From positions 1 to 48,405 of the forward strand of contig JASLXV010000068.1 in the NCBI GenBank assembly GCA_030740155.1: a stretch of 48,405 nt of DNA. Reading direction: 5' to 3'. Under the pieces are notes generated by a model. The model did not search any database and was not told the DNA's origin. It saw only the letters and a program-made list of their open reading frames with translations. How positions within the stretch are numbered: the first letter of the stretch is position 1; each line of letters opens with the position of its first letter. The translations under genes were made by a program, and so were the position numbers. Shown one piece after another: positions 7,625 to 17,732 of this stretch. The stretch is from Dehalococcoidia bacterium (GTDB lineage: Bacteria > Chloroflexota > Dehalococcoidia > Lucifugimonadales > UBA3495).

Positions 7625-9085
7625 GTGAGCACCGAGTTGGGCCCTCACGAGCTTCGTTTCCCCTTCGACCACCCCAGGGAAGAGTGTGGCGTCGTTGGGG
7701 TGTATACGCCGGGAGGCGAGGCCAGCCACCTGGCGTTCTTTGGTCTCTTCGCCCTACAGCACCGGGGCCAGGAGAGCGCCGGCATCGCGGCATCGAGCGG
7801 TGACGGCATAAAAGTCCACGCCGAGATGGGTCTGGTCACCCAGATCTTCCGCGAGGCCGATTTTTACCCCCTGTCCGGCGACTTGGCCATCGGCCACACC
7901 CGCTACTCCACCACGGGGAGCAGCCAACTGGGTAACGCTCAACCCCTGCTAGTCGAAGGGCATCACGGGCAGCTGGCCCTGGCCAACAACGGCAACATCA
8001 TCAACGCCGCTCAGATCAAGGAGCAACTCCGGCGGGAATGGGGCTGCTCGTTCTCCTCAACCACCGACTCCGAGGTTTTCGCCTACTTGCTGGCTAATGC
8101 CAGCGGCGCCACCTGGGAGGAACGTCTCTTTTCCTGCATGCGCCAGTTGGAAGGCGCCTTTTCCGTGGTGGCCCTGACCGAAGACTCTCTGTTGGCCGCC
8201 CGCGACCCTTTGGGTATCCGCCCTCTGTGCCTGGGCCAGCTAAACGGGGGTTGGATTGTTGCATCGGAAAGCTGCGCCCTCGACCACCTGGGGGCCACGT
8301 ATTTGCGAGAGTTGGAGCCGGGCGAAGCCCTAGTTATTGACAAAAATGGGTGTCGCTCCTCCATCTGGACGGGCAGCCAGAGGCGGCGCGCCCTCTGCGT
8401 CTTTGAGCTGATCTACTTCGCTCGCCCGGACAGCTGGGTGGGCGGTCATCTGGTCCATTCGGTGCGCCAGGCGCTGGGCGCCCAATTGGCCCGAGAGCAC
8501 CCAGTTGATGCCGACCTGGTGATCGGTATCCCAGACTCATCTACCACCGCCGCGGTTGGGTACGCCCGGGAATCGGGCATTCCCTACAGCGAGGGAGTTA
8601 TCAAGAACCGCTATGTGGGACGCACGTTCATCGAACCCGAACAGCGGCTGCGTGACCTTGGTGTGCGCCAGAAGTTTAACCCACTGACTGAAGTCATCAA
8701 GGGCCAGCGGCTGGTGGTGGTGGACGACAGCATAGTCCGCGGGACCACGACACCCCATGTGGTGGGCCTATTGCGAAAGGCCGGAGCCAAAGAGATCCAC
8801 ATGCGGGTCTGTGCTCCCCCCATCAAGCATCCCTGCTACATGGGCGTCGACATGGCTTCCCGGCAGGAACTGATCGCCGCCAACTTGACCGTGGAAGAGA
8901 TTCGCCAGCTGATCGGCGCGGACACCCTGGGCTACCTGAACGTGAAAGGGCTGATGGATGTCGTCGACGGCTCCAAGGGAAACTTCTGCGACGCTTGTTT
9001 CACCGGCGTATATCCGGTTCCGGTGCAGCTGGAGTTGACCAAGCTCATTCTGGAGGAGGCCGGCCAGGGCCAGGCTTCCGGCTAG
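7625..9085 (+). CDS. purF: Amidophosphoribosyltransferase
   Basis: Propeptide followed by EECGVVG, QHRGQESAG, GHTRYST, VVVDDSIVRGTT; Fe-S cysteines (FCDACF). Confidence 0.98.
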   Translation: MSTELGPHELRFPFDHPREECGVVGVYTPGGEASHLAFFGLFALQHRGQESAGIAASSGDGIKVHAEMGLVTQIFREADFYPLSGDLAIGHTRYSTTGSSQLGNAQPLLVEGHHGQLALANNGNIINAAQIKEQLRREWGCSFSSTTDSEVFAYLLANASGATWEERLFSCMRQLEGAFSVVALTEDSLLAARDPLGIRPLCLGQLNGGWIVASESCALDHLGATYLRELEPGEALVIDKNGCRSSIWTGSQRRRALCVFELIYFARPDSWVGGHLVHSVRQALGAQLAREHPVDADLVIGIPDSSTTAAVGYARESGIPYSEGVIKNRYVGRTFIEPEQRLRDLGVRQKFNPLTEVIKGQRLVVVDDSIVRGTTTPHVVGLLRKAGAKEIHMRVCAPPIKHPCYMGVDMASRQELIAANLTVEEIRQLIGADTLGYLNVKGLMDVVDGSKGNFCDACFTGVYPVPVQLELTKLILEEAGQGQASG

Positions 9086-9135
9086 GCCCGTCCGCGCGTC
9101 GCCAAATCCCGTCGAGCCGAGCGCGGCCCTTCGAT

Positions 9136-9199
9136 CAAATTTGGGCGCACCGGCAAATTTGGGCGGACCGGCAAACTTGGGCGGACCGGCAAACTTGGG
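9136..9199 (+). repeat. 18-bp tandem repeat, about 3.5 copies
   Basis: CAAA(T/C)TTGGGCG(C/G)ACCGG at 9136, 9154 and 9172, plus a partial copy at 9190. Confidence 0.9.
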
Positions 9200-9336
9200 T
9201 CGAAGAGCCGCGACCGAATGACCTTGAGGCCATCGCTTCTCCCCTTGCCAACCGGCGCGCCTTGCATTAACCTTTTGAATGCGGCACGATACCCCGACCT
9301 GCCGCTGGGAGGTTGGGTCAGGGAGGTTACATAAAG

Positions 9337-10359
9337 TTGGCCAGTGAAGCCTATCGGCGCTCCGGGGTAGACCTTGACCTCATGGAAGGCGTGAAAGAGC
9401 GAATCAAGGCTTTCGCCGCCATGACCCACGGACCGGAGGTCCTGGACTCCGGAGGCAGCTTCGCCGGGCTCTACCGGCTCACCGGCTTTTCGCAGCCGGT
9501 CCTCGTGGCTAGCACCGATGGGGTCGGAACCAAGTTGAAGATCGCTGCTGCCCTGGGCCACTTCGAGTCCATCGGGCAAGACCTGGTGACCCTCAACGTC
9601 AACGACATTCTGACCCGGGGCGCCCGGCCTCTCTTCTTCCTGGACTACGTCGCCTTCAGCAGCTTGGACCAGCAACGCATGGATACCTTGATGCGGGGCA
9701 TCGTTTGGGGTTGCCGCGAGGTGGGGTGCGCCCTCATCGGCGGTGAGACGGCCCAGATGCCGGGGACCTACGCCGGCGAAGAGCTGGACCTGGCGGGGTT
9801 TGTCGTCGGGGCGGTGGAGCGGGACCAGGTGATCAACGGCAAGGAAATCTCGAGCGGTGACTACTTGCTCGGTGTTCCTTCGAGCGGGGTCCACACCAAC
9901 GGGTTTTCCCTGGTGCGCCACGTCTTCAACATCGATGGCAACCCATCGGTGCTATACCATCACTACCCGGAGCTGCAGCATCAATTGGGTGAGGAATTGC
10001 TGGTCCGCCATCGGTGTTACTACCCGCTATTGGAGCCGGCGCTGGGCCTGGTCAAAGGGTTGGCCCACATCACCGGCGGCGGACTTCCGGGCAAGATGCC
10101 CGCAATCCTTCCCGATGACCTGGCTGCGTCTTTCCGGCTCGGGTCCTGGCGGATCCCCCCCATCTTCGGTCTGGTTCAGCAGGAGGGCAACGTGGACACC
10201 GGCGAGATGTACCGGGTCTTCAACATGGGGCTCGGCATGGTCGCCGTCTGCGGTGAAGATAATGTGACGCCATTTCAGGAGTTGGTTCCCGACGCCATGG
10301 TGGTCGGCAGAATTGTCGACCGGGCGGGCGGGCAACAGGTGCTCTTGGAAGAAGGCTGA
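9337..10359 (+). CDS. purM: Phosphoribosylformylglycinamidine cyclo-ligase (AIR synthetase)
   Basis: AYRRSGVD, STDGVGTK, GGETAQMPG, SSGVHTNGFS, HITGGG, FNMGLGM; TTG start after GGAGG. Confidence 0.97.
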   Translation: MASEAYRRSGVDLDLMEGVKERIKAFAAMTHGPEVLDSGGSFAGLYRLTGFSQPVLVASTDGVGTKLKIAAALGHFESIGQDLVTLNVNDILTRGARPLFFLDYVAFSSLDQQRMDTLMRGIVWGCREVGCALIGGETAQMPGTYAGEELDLAGFVVGAVERDQVINGKEISSGDYLLGVPSSGVHTNGFSLVRHVFNIDGNPSVLYHHYPELQHQLGEELLVRHRCYYPLLEPALGLVKGLAHITGGGLPGKMPAILPDDLAASFRLGSWRIPPIFGLVQQEGNVDTGEMYRVFNMGLGMVAVCGEDNVTPFQELVPDAMVVGRIVDRAGGQQVLLEEG

Positions 10360-10631
10360 ACGGCCCACGGTAACCCGGGCTCCACCCACCCGGAAAGGGG
10401 CTCACGGTGCGGAGGGCGGTAGCTGTTCTCAAACCTGGTTCCCGCCGGGGGCCGCAGCTGTTGCACGGCCTCGCCCGGAGCATGTCCAAGGGTGGCCGTG
10501 ACCTCCGTTTGCAAGTAGATTGGGCTTGCCGGGGAACGGATTGGAGTCGCCGCGGGGCCGTCCTCACCAGCGGGCCAGCCCACATTACATAACGTGAACA
10601 GCTCCGGAACCGCACCGGCTAAGGGGGAGGG

Positions 10632-12161
10632 GTGAAAGCGCTAATAAGTGTCTACGATAAGACCGGCATCGTAGAGTTTTCCCGGCGGCTGGCGGCGGCG
10701 GGATTCGAGTTGATCAGCACCGGCGGCACGCACCGGACCCTGTCCGAGGGAGGCGGGCTGGCGGTGCGGCAGGTAGCCGAGGTCACCGGCTCGCCGGAGA
10801 TTCTGGAAGGCCGGGTCAAGACGCTGCACCCCGTGATTCACGCCGGGCTCCTGGCCCGCCGGGACTCCCCGGACCACCTGGCGGAGCTGGCCAAACACGG
10901 GATCGATCCCATCGACCTGGTGGTGGTCAACCTGTACCCTTTCGTGGCCACCGTAACAAAGCCTGATGTGACGCTGGCGGACGCGCTGGAGAACATCGAC
11001 ATCGGCGGCCCCACCATGCTGCGGGCGGCTGCCAAGAACTTCCCGTCGGTCGCCGTCGTCGTCGACCCGGCGGATTACTCCTGGGTCGCGGAAAAAATGG
11101 CCCGGCACAGCCTGAGCATGGAGGAACGCCGCGACCTGGCGGCCAAAGCGTTCCACCACGTGTCAGTGTACGATACCGCGGTGGCCGACTACCTAACCGC
11201 TACCTCCGAAGCGGACAGCCTGCCAGACAAACTGACCCTTTCGTTGAAGAAAGTGGCCGTCTTGCGTTACGGTGAAAACCCGCACCAGCAAGGCGGGCTC
11301 TACGTGCTGGGGGATGGCCCCACCGGCGGCGTGGCCGGCGCCCGCCAGCTCCACGGGCGCGAAGTTTCCTTCAACAACTTGATGGATGCCGACGCCGCCT
11401 GGCGCACCGTCAGCGACTTCGCCGAGCCCACGGCCGCGGTGGTGAAGCACGCCAATCCCTGCGGCCTGGCCAGTCACGAGGACCAGGCCGAAGCCTACCG
11501 CCGGGCTTACGAAGGGGATTCGGTATCCGCGTTCGGCGGCATCGTCGGCTATAACCGCACCGTGACCGCCGCCACCGCCGCGGCCATGGGCCCCGTCTTC
11601 TATGAGGTGGTGGTGGCGCCGGGCTACGAGCCTGAAGCGTTGAAGATCCTCCGAAAGAAACGGAACCTGCGCCTCCTGGCGGTGGAACGGACGGGCGGCG
11701 CGCCATCCTATGATCTTCGGCCCATCAGCGGTGGCCTGCTGGTTCAGACCCTGGGCGCGGCCACCGAAGGCCCGGCGGAGTGGAAAACCGTCACCAACCG
11801 GGCTCCCAGCGACGCGGAGCTTCGGGACCTGGCTTTTGCCTGGAAGGCGGCCAAACACATCAAATCCAACGCCATCGTCTTCGCCAAAGACCGCACGCTG
11901 GTCGGCATGGGGGCGGGCCAGCCCAACCGGGTGGTCAGCGTACACCTGGCCCGGCGGACCGCCGGGGACAAATCGCGGGAAAGCGTGCTGGCCTCGGACG
12001 CCTTCTTTCCGTTCCCGGACAACATTGAACTGGCGGCGGAGGCTGGGATCACCGCCATCGTCCAGCCCGGAGGGTCAATTCGCGACAACGAGGTGATCGA
12101 CGCCGCCAACCAGAGCAATATGGCGATGGTCTTCACCGGCGTCCGCAACTTTCGTCATTGA
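10632..12161 (+). CDS. purH: Bifunctional AICAR transformylase/IMP cyclohydrolase
   Basis: ALISVYDKTG, GRVKTLHP, IDIGGPTMLRAAAKN, LRYGENPHQ, KSNAIV, ASDAFFPF. Confidence 0.98.
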   Translation: MKALISVYDKTGIVEFSRRLAAAGFELISTGGTHRTLSEGGGLAVRQVAEVTGSPEILEGRVKTLHPVIHAGLLARRDSPDHLAELAKHGIDPIDLVVVNLYPFVATVTKPDVTLADALENIDIGGPTMLRAAAKNFPSVAVVVDPADYSWVAEKMARHSLSMEERRDLAAKAFHHVSVYDTAVADYLTATSEADSLPDKLTLSLKKVAVLRYGENPHQQGGLYVLGDGPTGGVAGARQLHGREVSFNNLMDADAAWRTVSDFAEPTAAVVKHANPCGLASHEDQAEAYRRAYEGDSVSAFGGIVGYNRTVTAATAAAMGPVFYEVVVAPGYEPEALKILRKKRNLRLLAVERTGGAPSYDLRPISGGLLVQTLGAATEGPAEWKTVTNRAPSDAELRDLAFAWKAAKHIKSNAIVFAKDRTLVGMGAGQPNRVVSVHLARRTAGDKSRESVLASDAFFPFPDNIELAAEAGITAIVQPGGSIRDNEVIDAANQSNMAMVFTGVRNFRH

Positions 12162-12165
12162 GCGA

Positions 12166-12200
12166 GGGCCGGCGGATCGCCGGTTCCTGGCCCCCTTTTT
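12166..12200 (+). terminator. Probable intrinsic terminator after purH
   Basis: GGGCC...GGCCC imperfect stem followed by TTTTT. Confidence 0.5.
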
Positions 12201-12386
12201 GGTATACTGTCCCTTGCAAAATCGACGGCAAATGAGCGAAGGCGAGGTCGTTGGCTACAATCCCCTCGTTTCCCTCCCCGACAGAAAGGGGGCTATGGGG
12301 GATTCGTTCCTCCCACGGTTTAATGGAGATGACGACTCCGAATGACATCTTGACGGCAGCGGCCCTGGCTCGGGAAGCGAACTAGC

Positions 12387-12878
12387 TTGGACGCCTATTT
12401 GGACATCGAAACCACCGGTCTTTCCCCTCGATCGGACGAACTGACCGTTGTCGGCGTCTTCATCGACCACGACGATGACGGCGACAGTTCGGCCATGATT
12501 CAACTGGTGGGTGATGAAATTACCGCCGGCCGGCTTCAGGCCGCCTTCCAGGGGGTCTCCGCCCTCTACACCTTCAACGGGAGCAGGTTCGACGTTCCGT
12601 TCATCAGGACCCGCCTGGGAGTGGACCTGGAGAAAGGCCTGCGGCACCGGGATCTGATGTACGATTGTTGGGACCAGGGATTGCGGGGAGGGCTGAAAAA
12701 AGTGGAGCGAGCCCTGGGGATCCGCAGAAAGTTGCCGGGCATGGACGGCTTGAACGCGATTCGCCTCTGGGACCAGTGGCGGGCCAACGACGACGAAAAG
12801 GCTCTGAGCCGTCTTCTGGAGTACAACAAGGAGGACATCCTCAATCTCAAGACCCTCAGGGCACTGCTCGACGCCTAG
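12387..12878 (+). CDS. RNase H-like domain 3'-5' exonuclease (YprB/RNase_H_2 type)
   Basis: DEDD-type motifs YLDIETTGL, TFNGSRFDVPFI, LLEYNKED. Confidence 0.88.
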   Translation: MDAYLDIETTGLSPRSDELTVVGVFIDHDDDGDSSAMIQLVGDEITAGRLQAAFQGVSALYTFNGSRFDVPFIRTRLGVDLEKGLRHRDLMYDCWDQGLRGGLKKVERALGIRRKLPGMDGLNAIRLWDQWRANDDEKALSRLLEYNKEDILNLKTLRALLDA

Positions 12879-12962
12879 GTGCGCCGGTGGCGCCATCCGG
12901 GCAAGGCAATCAACGGCATAGCAATCAATGGCGTCCTGGGGCGTCCTGGGATGGAGGTAGGG

Positions 12963-13706
12963 ATGAGCGCCACTATCGACATCGTGATACCGGTCTATAA
13001 CGAGGAGCGGGCCTTGCCTCGCAGCGTCGTTATCCTGGCCGAATTCCTTCGGGACAACCTGCGCAGCCCGTGGCAGATCATCATCGCCGACAATGCCTCA
13101 ACCGATGGGACCCGGTCCGTGTCGGAGATGCTCTGCGAGAAGTATGCGGGGATCAACTACCTTCACATACCGCAGAAGGGCCGGGGAAGGGCGTTGAAGG
13201 CCGCCTGGTTGGATAGTAAGGCCGACATTGTCAGCTACATGGACGTCGACTTGGCTACCGACCTGGCTCATTTCCCTGAGTTGATCAAATCCCTGGAGGA
13301 GGGCTATCACGTCGCCATAGGCAGCCGGCTGAGCAAGGGCTCCAGGGTTACCCGGGGATTCAAACGGGAGTTCGTCTCCCGTGGCTACAACCTGTTGATT
13401 CGGTCCATGTTCTTCACCGGTTTTCAGGACGCCCAATGCGGGTTCAAGGCCATGACCCGCCGGGCCGCCGAGGAGATCCTTCCCAAGATCGAGAACAATA
13501 ACTGGTTCTTCGACACCGAGTTGCTGATCATCGCGGCCAAACGCGGGTACCGGATCAAGCAGATTCCGGTTAGATGGACCGACGATCCAAACAGCAGCGT
13601 GAACGTCACCCGCACCGCGGCCGAGGATGTCAAGGGGCTGCTACGACTGCGCTTCCGCGGCATTCCACAGGTTAAGCCGTCTGGCAGAGCCTCTCTCCAA
13701 AAGTGA
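12963..13706 (+). CDS. Glycosyltransferase family 2 (polyprenyl-phosphate glycosyltransferase-like)
   Basis: IVIPVYNEE, IADNASTDGT, YMDVD, DAQCGFKA, WFFDTELL; ATG after GGAGG. Confidence 0.92.
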   Translation: MSATIDIVIPVYNEERALPRSVVILAEFLRDNLRSPWQIIIADNASTDGTRSVSEMLCEKYAGINYLHIPQKGRGRALKAAWLDSKADIVSYMDVDLATDLAHFPELIKSLEEGYHVAIGSRLSKGSRVTRGFKREFVSRGYNLLIRSMFFTGFQDAQCGFKAMTRRAAEEILPKIENNNWFFDTELLIIAAKRGYRIKQIPVRWTDDPNSSVNVTRTAAEDVKGLLRLRFRGIPQVKPSGRASLQK

Positions 13707-13928
13707 CGCCCCCGGCCTGGTTTCGGGGTTTTTCAGGCGTGGCTCACGCCGGAAGACGCCCCATCGGTATCAAGGGTATCGTCAGTGTGGAACCGGTAGT
13801 CCGGGCGCGATTTTCCAGGTTGGAAAAGGGCTCGCGGTTTCCCCACCGGCGGACCCGTCAATTCTCCCCCGTCGTGGCGCCGCCGGCGCCGGGGGGTGGG
13901 TCAAAATTCACAGGGAGGACATCGATAC

Positions 13929-14723
13929 ATGGAACTGGGGCTGAAAGGTAAAAACGTAATCATCACGGGTGGCGGCTCCAACATCGGCCGGGCCATCGTC
14001 CACGCCTTCGCCGCCGAGGGCAGCAACATCACCATCGCCGAGCTGGCGCCGAGCCACGGTGAGAAGGTGGCGGAGGAGGTGGCCGGCACCAACCCGGGAA
14101 CCCGGGTTAAGGTCATCGCCACCGACGTTACCGACCACTTCCAGGTGGGGAAGATGGTGGAGCAGTCCATCAGCGAGTTTGGCAGCGTCGATGTCCTGGT
14201 GAACAACGTGGGTTGGACCATCGACCGGCTGTTCCTGGAGAAACCCAGGGAGGAGTGGGAAAAGGAAGTGAAGGTCAACCTTTGGGGGGCCATCAACTGC
14301 TTCGATGCGGTGGTGCCCCGCATGGTCGAGCGGGAGTCAGGCGCGGTTGTCAGCATCAGCTCCGACGCCGGCCGCATGGGCGAATACCGGGAGGCGGTGT
14401 ATTCCGCCTGCAAGGGTGGGGTCATCGCGCTGAGCAAGTCCGTGGCCAGGGAGACGGGCCGCTACGGCCTGCGCTTCAACGTGGTTTGCCCCGGGCTGGT
14501 GGTGCCTCCTCAAGAGGAGTCCATCAGCGGCGAGAGCATGTGGAACCACATGCGGGATATATTCACGGACGACGTAAGGGAGAAGGCGGCCAGGAACTAC
14601 ATTCTCCGCCGGCTCACCACGGCGAAAGAGGTGGCCAACGCCGTCGTGTTCCTGGCGTCGGACGCGGCCAGCTTCATCACCGGGCAGACCCTGAGCGTCA
14701 GCGGCGGCTATACGATGATGTAA
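13929..14723 (+). CDS. SDR family oxidoreductase (BadH-like hydroxyacyl-CoA dehydrogenase type)
   Basis: TGGGSNIG, LVNNVG, SSDAGR, YSACK catalytic motif; GGAGG RBS. Confidence 0.92.
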   Translation: MELGLKGKNVIITGGGSNIGRAIVHAFAAEGSNITIAELAPSHGEKVAEEVAGTNPGTRVKVIATDVTDHFQVGKMVEQSISEFGSVDVLVNNVGWTIDRLFLEKPREEWEKEVKVNLWGAINCFDAVVPRMVERESGAVVSISSDAGRMGEYREAVYSACKGGVIALSKSVARETGRYGLRFNVVCPGLVVPPQEESISGESMWNHMRDIFTDDVREKAARNYILRRLTTAKEVANAVVFLASDAASFITGQTLSVSGGYTMM

Positions 14724-14970
14724 TAGATGGCGGACGTCTCGATGTCCGCCTTCCGGCCATCCCAAGAGATTTACGGTGCGGCGCGGCGTCTCCAGCAAGT
14801 CTGGTGCAGCTGGGCCGCACCGGTTTTTGCCCCCATTGTCTTCAAGTTTTCTTCGCCGCGGGTAACCGGGACCGGACGGCCGCTCCCTTCGCACCCTTGC
14901 GGGAATCGTTTCATTGAGTTAGATTGCTGCTGATGTCGTGGCGGGAGGAAGCTCGGCGTGGTGGAAATCT

Positions 14971-15818
14971 ATGTCCGGGTTTCGAAGGAGCATCTTTCGT
15001 TTCCGGTGGAGCTGGCCGCTGATTGCGGTATTGGCCGTGTCCTGCGCCACCTCGGTTACTCCGGAGGTGGTTTCAACGTCCGGTCCCGCGCCTACAGTGG
15101 TGAGCTTGCCGACGCCAGGGCCCGAGGGCCTGACCCACGAGCCCACCTTGCCGCCGCTCGCGTCTACCCCGACCCATTCTCCTACCTACACGCCTTACCC
15201 AACCTACACCCTCTACCCGACTTACACCCCGTACCCGACATCATCCCCGACGAACACACCCGCCCTCCGGCAGCGGCTCCAACACCAACTCCTGAGCCCG
15301 CGTCAACAGCCCTGCCGATCCAGACGCTGCCTCCGACACCCGTTCCCGCAGCAACATCCACACCGGCGCCGACGCCGACGCCGACCCCAACACCCACACC
15401 CACACCCACACCCGTGCCCACGCCCACCCATACAGCAACCCCATCGGCAACCGCCACCCCGCAGCCGCCGGCCACGCCAACGCCAACGCCGACGCCAACA
15501 ACCACACCCGTGCCCACGCCGACGGCTACCCCGACGTCCACGCCGACACCCATCCCTTCGCCGACGGCCACCGCGGCACCCTCGCCTACACCTGAGCCAC
15601 TACCAGGTGATGCTGGATGCGAAGAAGGGCAGATAGACGTAAACTCAGCGTCGGCCGAGGAACTGGATCTGATCATTCATATTGGGCCGGTACGTGCCGC
15701 CGAGGCGGTTCAGTTGAGGCCGTTCAGTTCAATAGACGATCTGGTTCGCATCAACGGAATCGGAGCCTCCCGCCTCGCTGACATCGAGGACGAAGGTCTG
15801 GCCTGTGTGGAAAGTTAG
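14971..15818 (+). pseudogene. Lipoprotein with Pro/Thr-rich stalk and C-terminal ComEA-like helix-hairpin-helix domain; 1-nt frameshift near 15260
   Basis: Lipobox VLAVSC and TPYPTY repeats in one frame. The PT-rich stalk and IDVNSASAEELDLIIHIGPVRA...PFSSIDDLVRINGIG are in the -1 frame. Confidence 0.75.
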
Positions 15819-16039
15819 CCTATCGAAAGGCGCTGAGTGGAGGTGAGGCTGCACGGAAGAAGCTGAGGATCGGGAAGTGGGTGACCGGCTTCCTTGAACC
15901 CAGCCACGGGTTGGTGCTGCGGCTGATTCTTCTCCGTGGGGTATAATCGGTCCACCAGCGCCACGGAGTTCACGGGGTGTGCCCAACCCAGTACGGTTGT
16001 GCCCGCCATATTCATGCTGCTAAAAGGAGACGTTCGGAG

Positions 16040-16978
16040 ATGAAAATCGGGATTGCCATGCCCGGAGTGCCGGACGGTCCTGGGTTGAAACGCTTCGCCC
16101 GGCGGGCCGACGAACTCGGGTTCGAGTCGTTGCTGCTGGGAGACCACATCGTGCTGCCCACCGGCGGGAGCCATGGGTACCCCTATACCGCCGACGGCTC
16201 GTTTATCCGGGCGTCGGAGACCCCGTTCCTGGAGATGATGACCCTCCTGGGCTATATTGCCGCCTGCACCGGAACGATAAAGATCGGGACCACGGTGATC
16301 ATACTGCCCTACCGTAACCCGGTGGTCATGGCCAAGATGTTCGCCTCTCTGGACGTGCTGAGCGAGGGCCGCATAATCTGCGGCGTGGGCGTCGGCTGGC
16401 TGGAAAAAGAGTTCGAGACCCTGGGCGTCCCCTTCGCCCAGCGCGGCGTCATGAGCGACGAGTTTATAGAGATATTCAAAGTCCTGTGGACCGAGCCGGA
16501 CCCGTCCTACCACGGCCGTTTCTACCAGTTCGATGGCATCCAGTTTTACCCCAAACCGGTACAGAAGCCCCACATCCCCATATGGATTGGCGGGCACACG
16601 CGGGCCGCCCTGCGGCGCACCGCCAAGTATGGCGACCGCTGGCATACCACCCGCCAGACCCCGGAATATGTCGCCCAGCAAATCCCCTACCTGCGGCAGC
16701 GGGCGGAGCGGGCAGGCCGCGATCCGGCCGGCATCTCGATATCGCTGAAACGAACGGTGCACGTCACCGATCTGGGGATACCGGAGGGAACCGGCACGCA
16801 AAGCCTGGGGGCGCTGATTGTCCCTACGCAGGAGGTCATCGACGACCTTCATCACTGCCATGAGCTGGGAATCGACCAGTTGACCTACGGCTTCAGGGCC
16901 GCGGATCTGGACGGCAACCTTCGGATGATGGAGCATCTGGCCGATCAAGTGCTGCCCGTGGCCCAGCGCCTGGGCTAA
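16040..16978 (+). CDS. LLM class (probably F420-dependent) oxidoreductase
   Basis: ADELGFESLLLGDHIVLP, LPYRNPVVMAK, GVGVGWLEKEF, PKPVQKPHIPIWIGG. Confidence 0.92.
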   Translation: MKIGIAMPGVPDGPGLKRFARRADELGFESLLLGDHIVLPTGGSHGYPYTADGSFIRASETPFLEMMTLLGYIAACTGTIKIGTTVIILPYRNPVVMAKMFASLDVLSEGRIICGVGVGWLEKEFETLGVPFAQRGVMSDEFIEIFKVLWTEPDPSYHGRFYQFDGIQFYPKPVQKPHIPIWIGGHTRAALRRTAKYGDRWHTTRQTPEYVAQQIPYLRQRAERAGRDPAGISISLKRTVHVTDLGIPEGTGTQSLGALIVPTQEVIDDLHHCHELGIDQLTYGFRAADLDGNLRMMEHLADQVLPVAQRLG

Positions 16979-17070
16979 GCACGCCGCTCCAACAACCAAC
17001 TACCGTGGTTCGACCGGCTCGGCCCGAGGGGCTTTGCCTCGACGCTGTCAAGCCAAGGAGGGGAGCCACA

Positions 17071-17214
17071 CTGTCATTTCGAGGAGCGGAGCGACGAGGA
17101 ACCTGGTGCGGGGATTCTCGGGGGATTCTCGGGGGATTCTCGGGGGATTCTCGGGGGATTCTCGATGGAAGCGTGGACCCATCATCCGGGGATCGTCGCA
17201 GCACTCGGGGTGAC
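17071..17214 (+). repeat. REP/MITE-like element copy 1, with an internal 11-bp tandem repeat x5
   Basis: CTGTCATTTCGAGGAGCGGAGCGACGAGGAACCTGGTGCGGGG...GACCCA...CGTCGC..CACTCGGGGTGAC; GGGGGATTCTC repeated over 17110-17163. Confidence 0.85.
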
Positions 17215-17243
17215 GTGTTGACCGCTACTGTAGAGGCAAAGCT

Positions 17244-17729
17244 CTACCGCATGGAGCGCATGGACCGCCGCGCCGCCTTGTCCAACTCTTTCTCCATTAT
17301 TGCCCGACGTTTGTCGTACTGGCGCTTGCCCTGGGCCAGGCCCAACTCCACCTTGGCCACATGGTTCTTGATGTAGAGGCGCAGCGGCACGATGGTCAGC
17401 CTTTTTTCGGCCACCAGGCTTTTCAACTTGTCGATCTGTTCCCGGTGCATCAGCAGCTTTCGGGGACGCCTCGGGTCGTGGTTGTAGATACTGGCCGGGT
17501 CGTAGGGCGCGATATAGGTGTTCACCAGCCATAGCTCGCCGTTCTGGGGGCGGGCGTACCCGTCTCGCAGGTCGGCGCGCCCGGCCCGCAATGACTTGAT
17601 CTCGGTCCCTTTGAGCACCAACCCGGCCTCGTACCGGTCGAGAATCTCGTAGTTGTAGAACGCCCGCCGGTTGGATGCGATCGGCCGGTCTTGCGTCTTG
17701 GTGTCGGAAGCCTTCTTCTTTCTTGCCAC
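17244..17729 (-). CDS. smpB: SsrA-binding protein
   Basis: IASNRRAFYNY...YEAGLVLKGTEIKSLR...NHDPRRPRKLLMH...GKRQYDKR. Confidence 0.98.
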   Translation of the reverse strand: MARKKKASDTKTQDRPIASNRRAFYNYEILDRYEAGLVLKGTEIKSLRAGRADLRDGYARPQNGELWLVNTYIAPYDPASIYNHDPRRPRKLLMHREQIDKLKSLVAEKRLTIVPLRLYIKNHVAKVELGLAQGKRQYDKRRAIMEKELDKAARRSMRSMR

Positions 17730-17732
17730 GCT

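Noticed and set aside
9136..9199. CRISPR array (also considered for 17110-17163)
   Set aside because: Repeats are directly adjacent with no unique spacers, and there are no cas genes.
10360..10631. ZTP riboswitch or purN between purM and purH
   Set aside because: No pfl-motif consensus and no formyltransferase-like ORF seen.
12259..12304. AATCCCC...GGGGATT palindrome, possible third REP type
   Set aside because: Single degenerate copy in the window; insufficient support.
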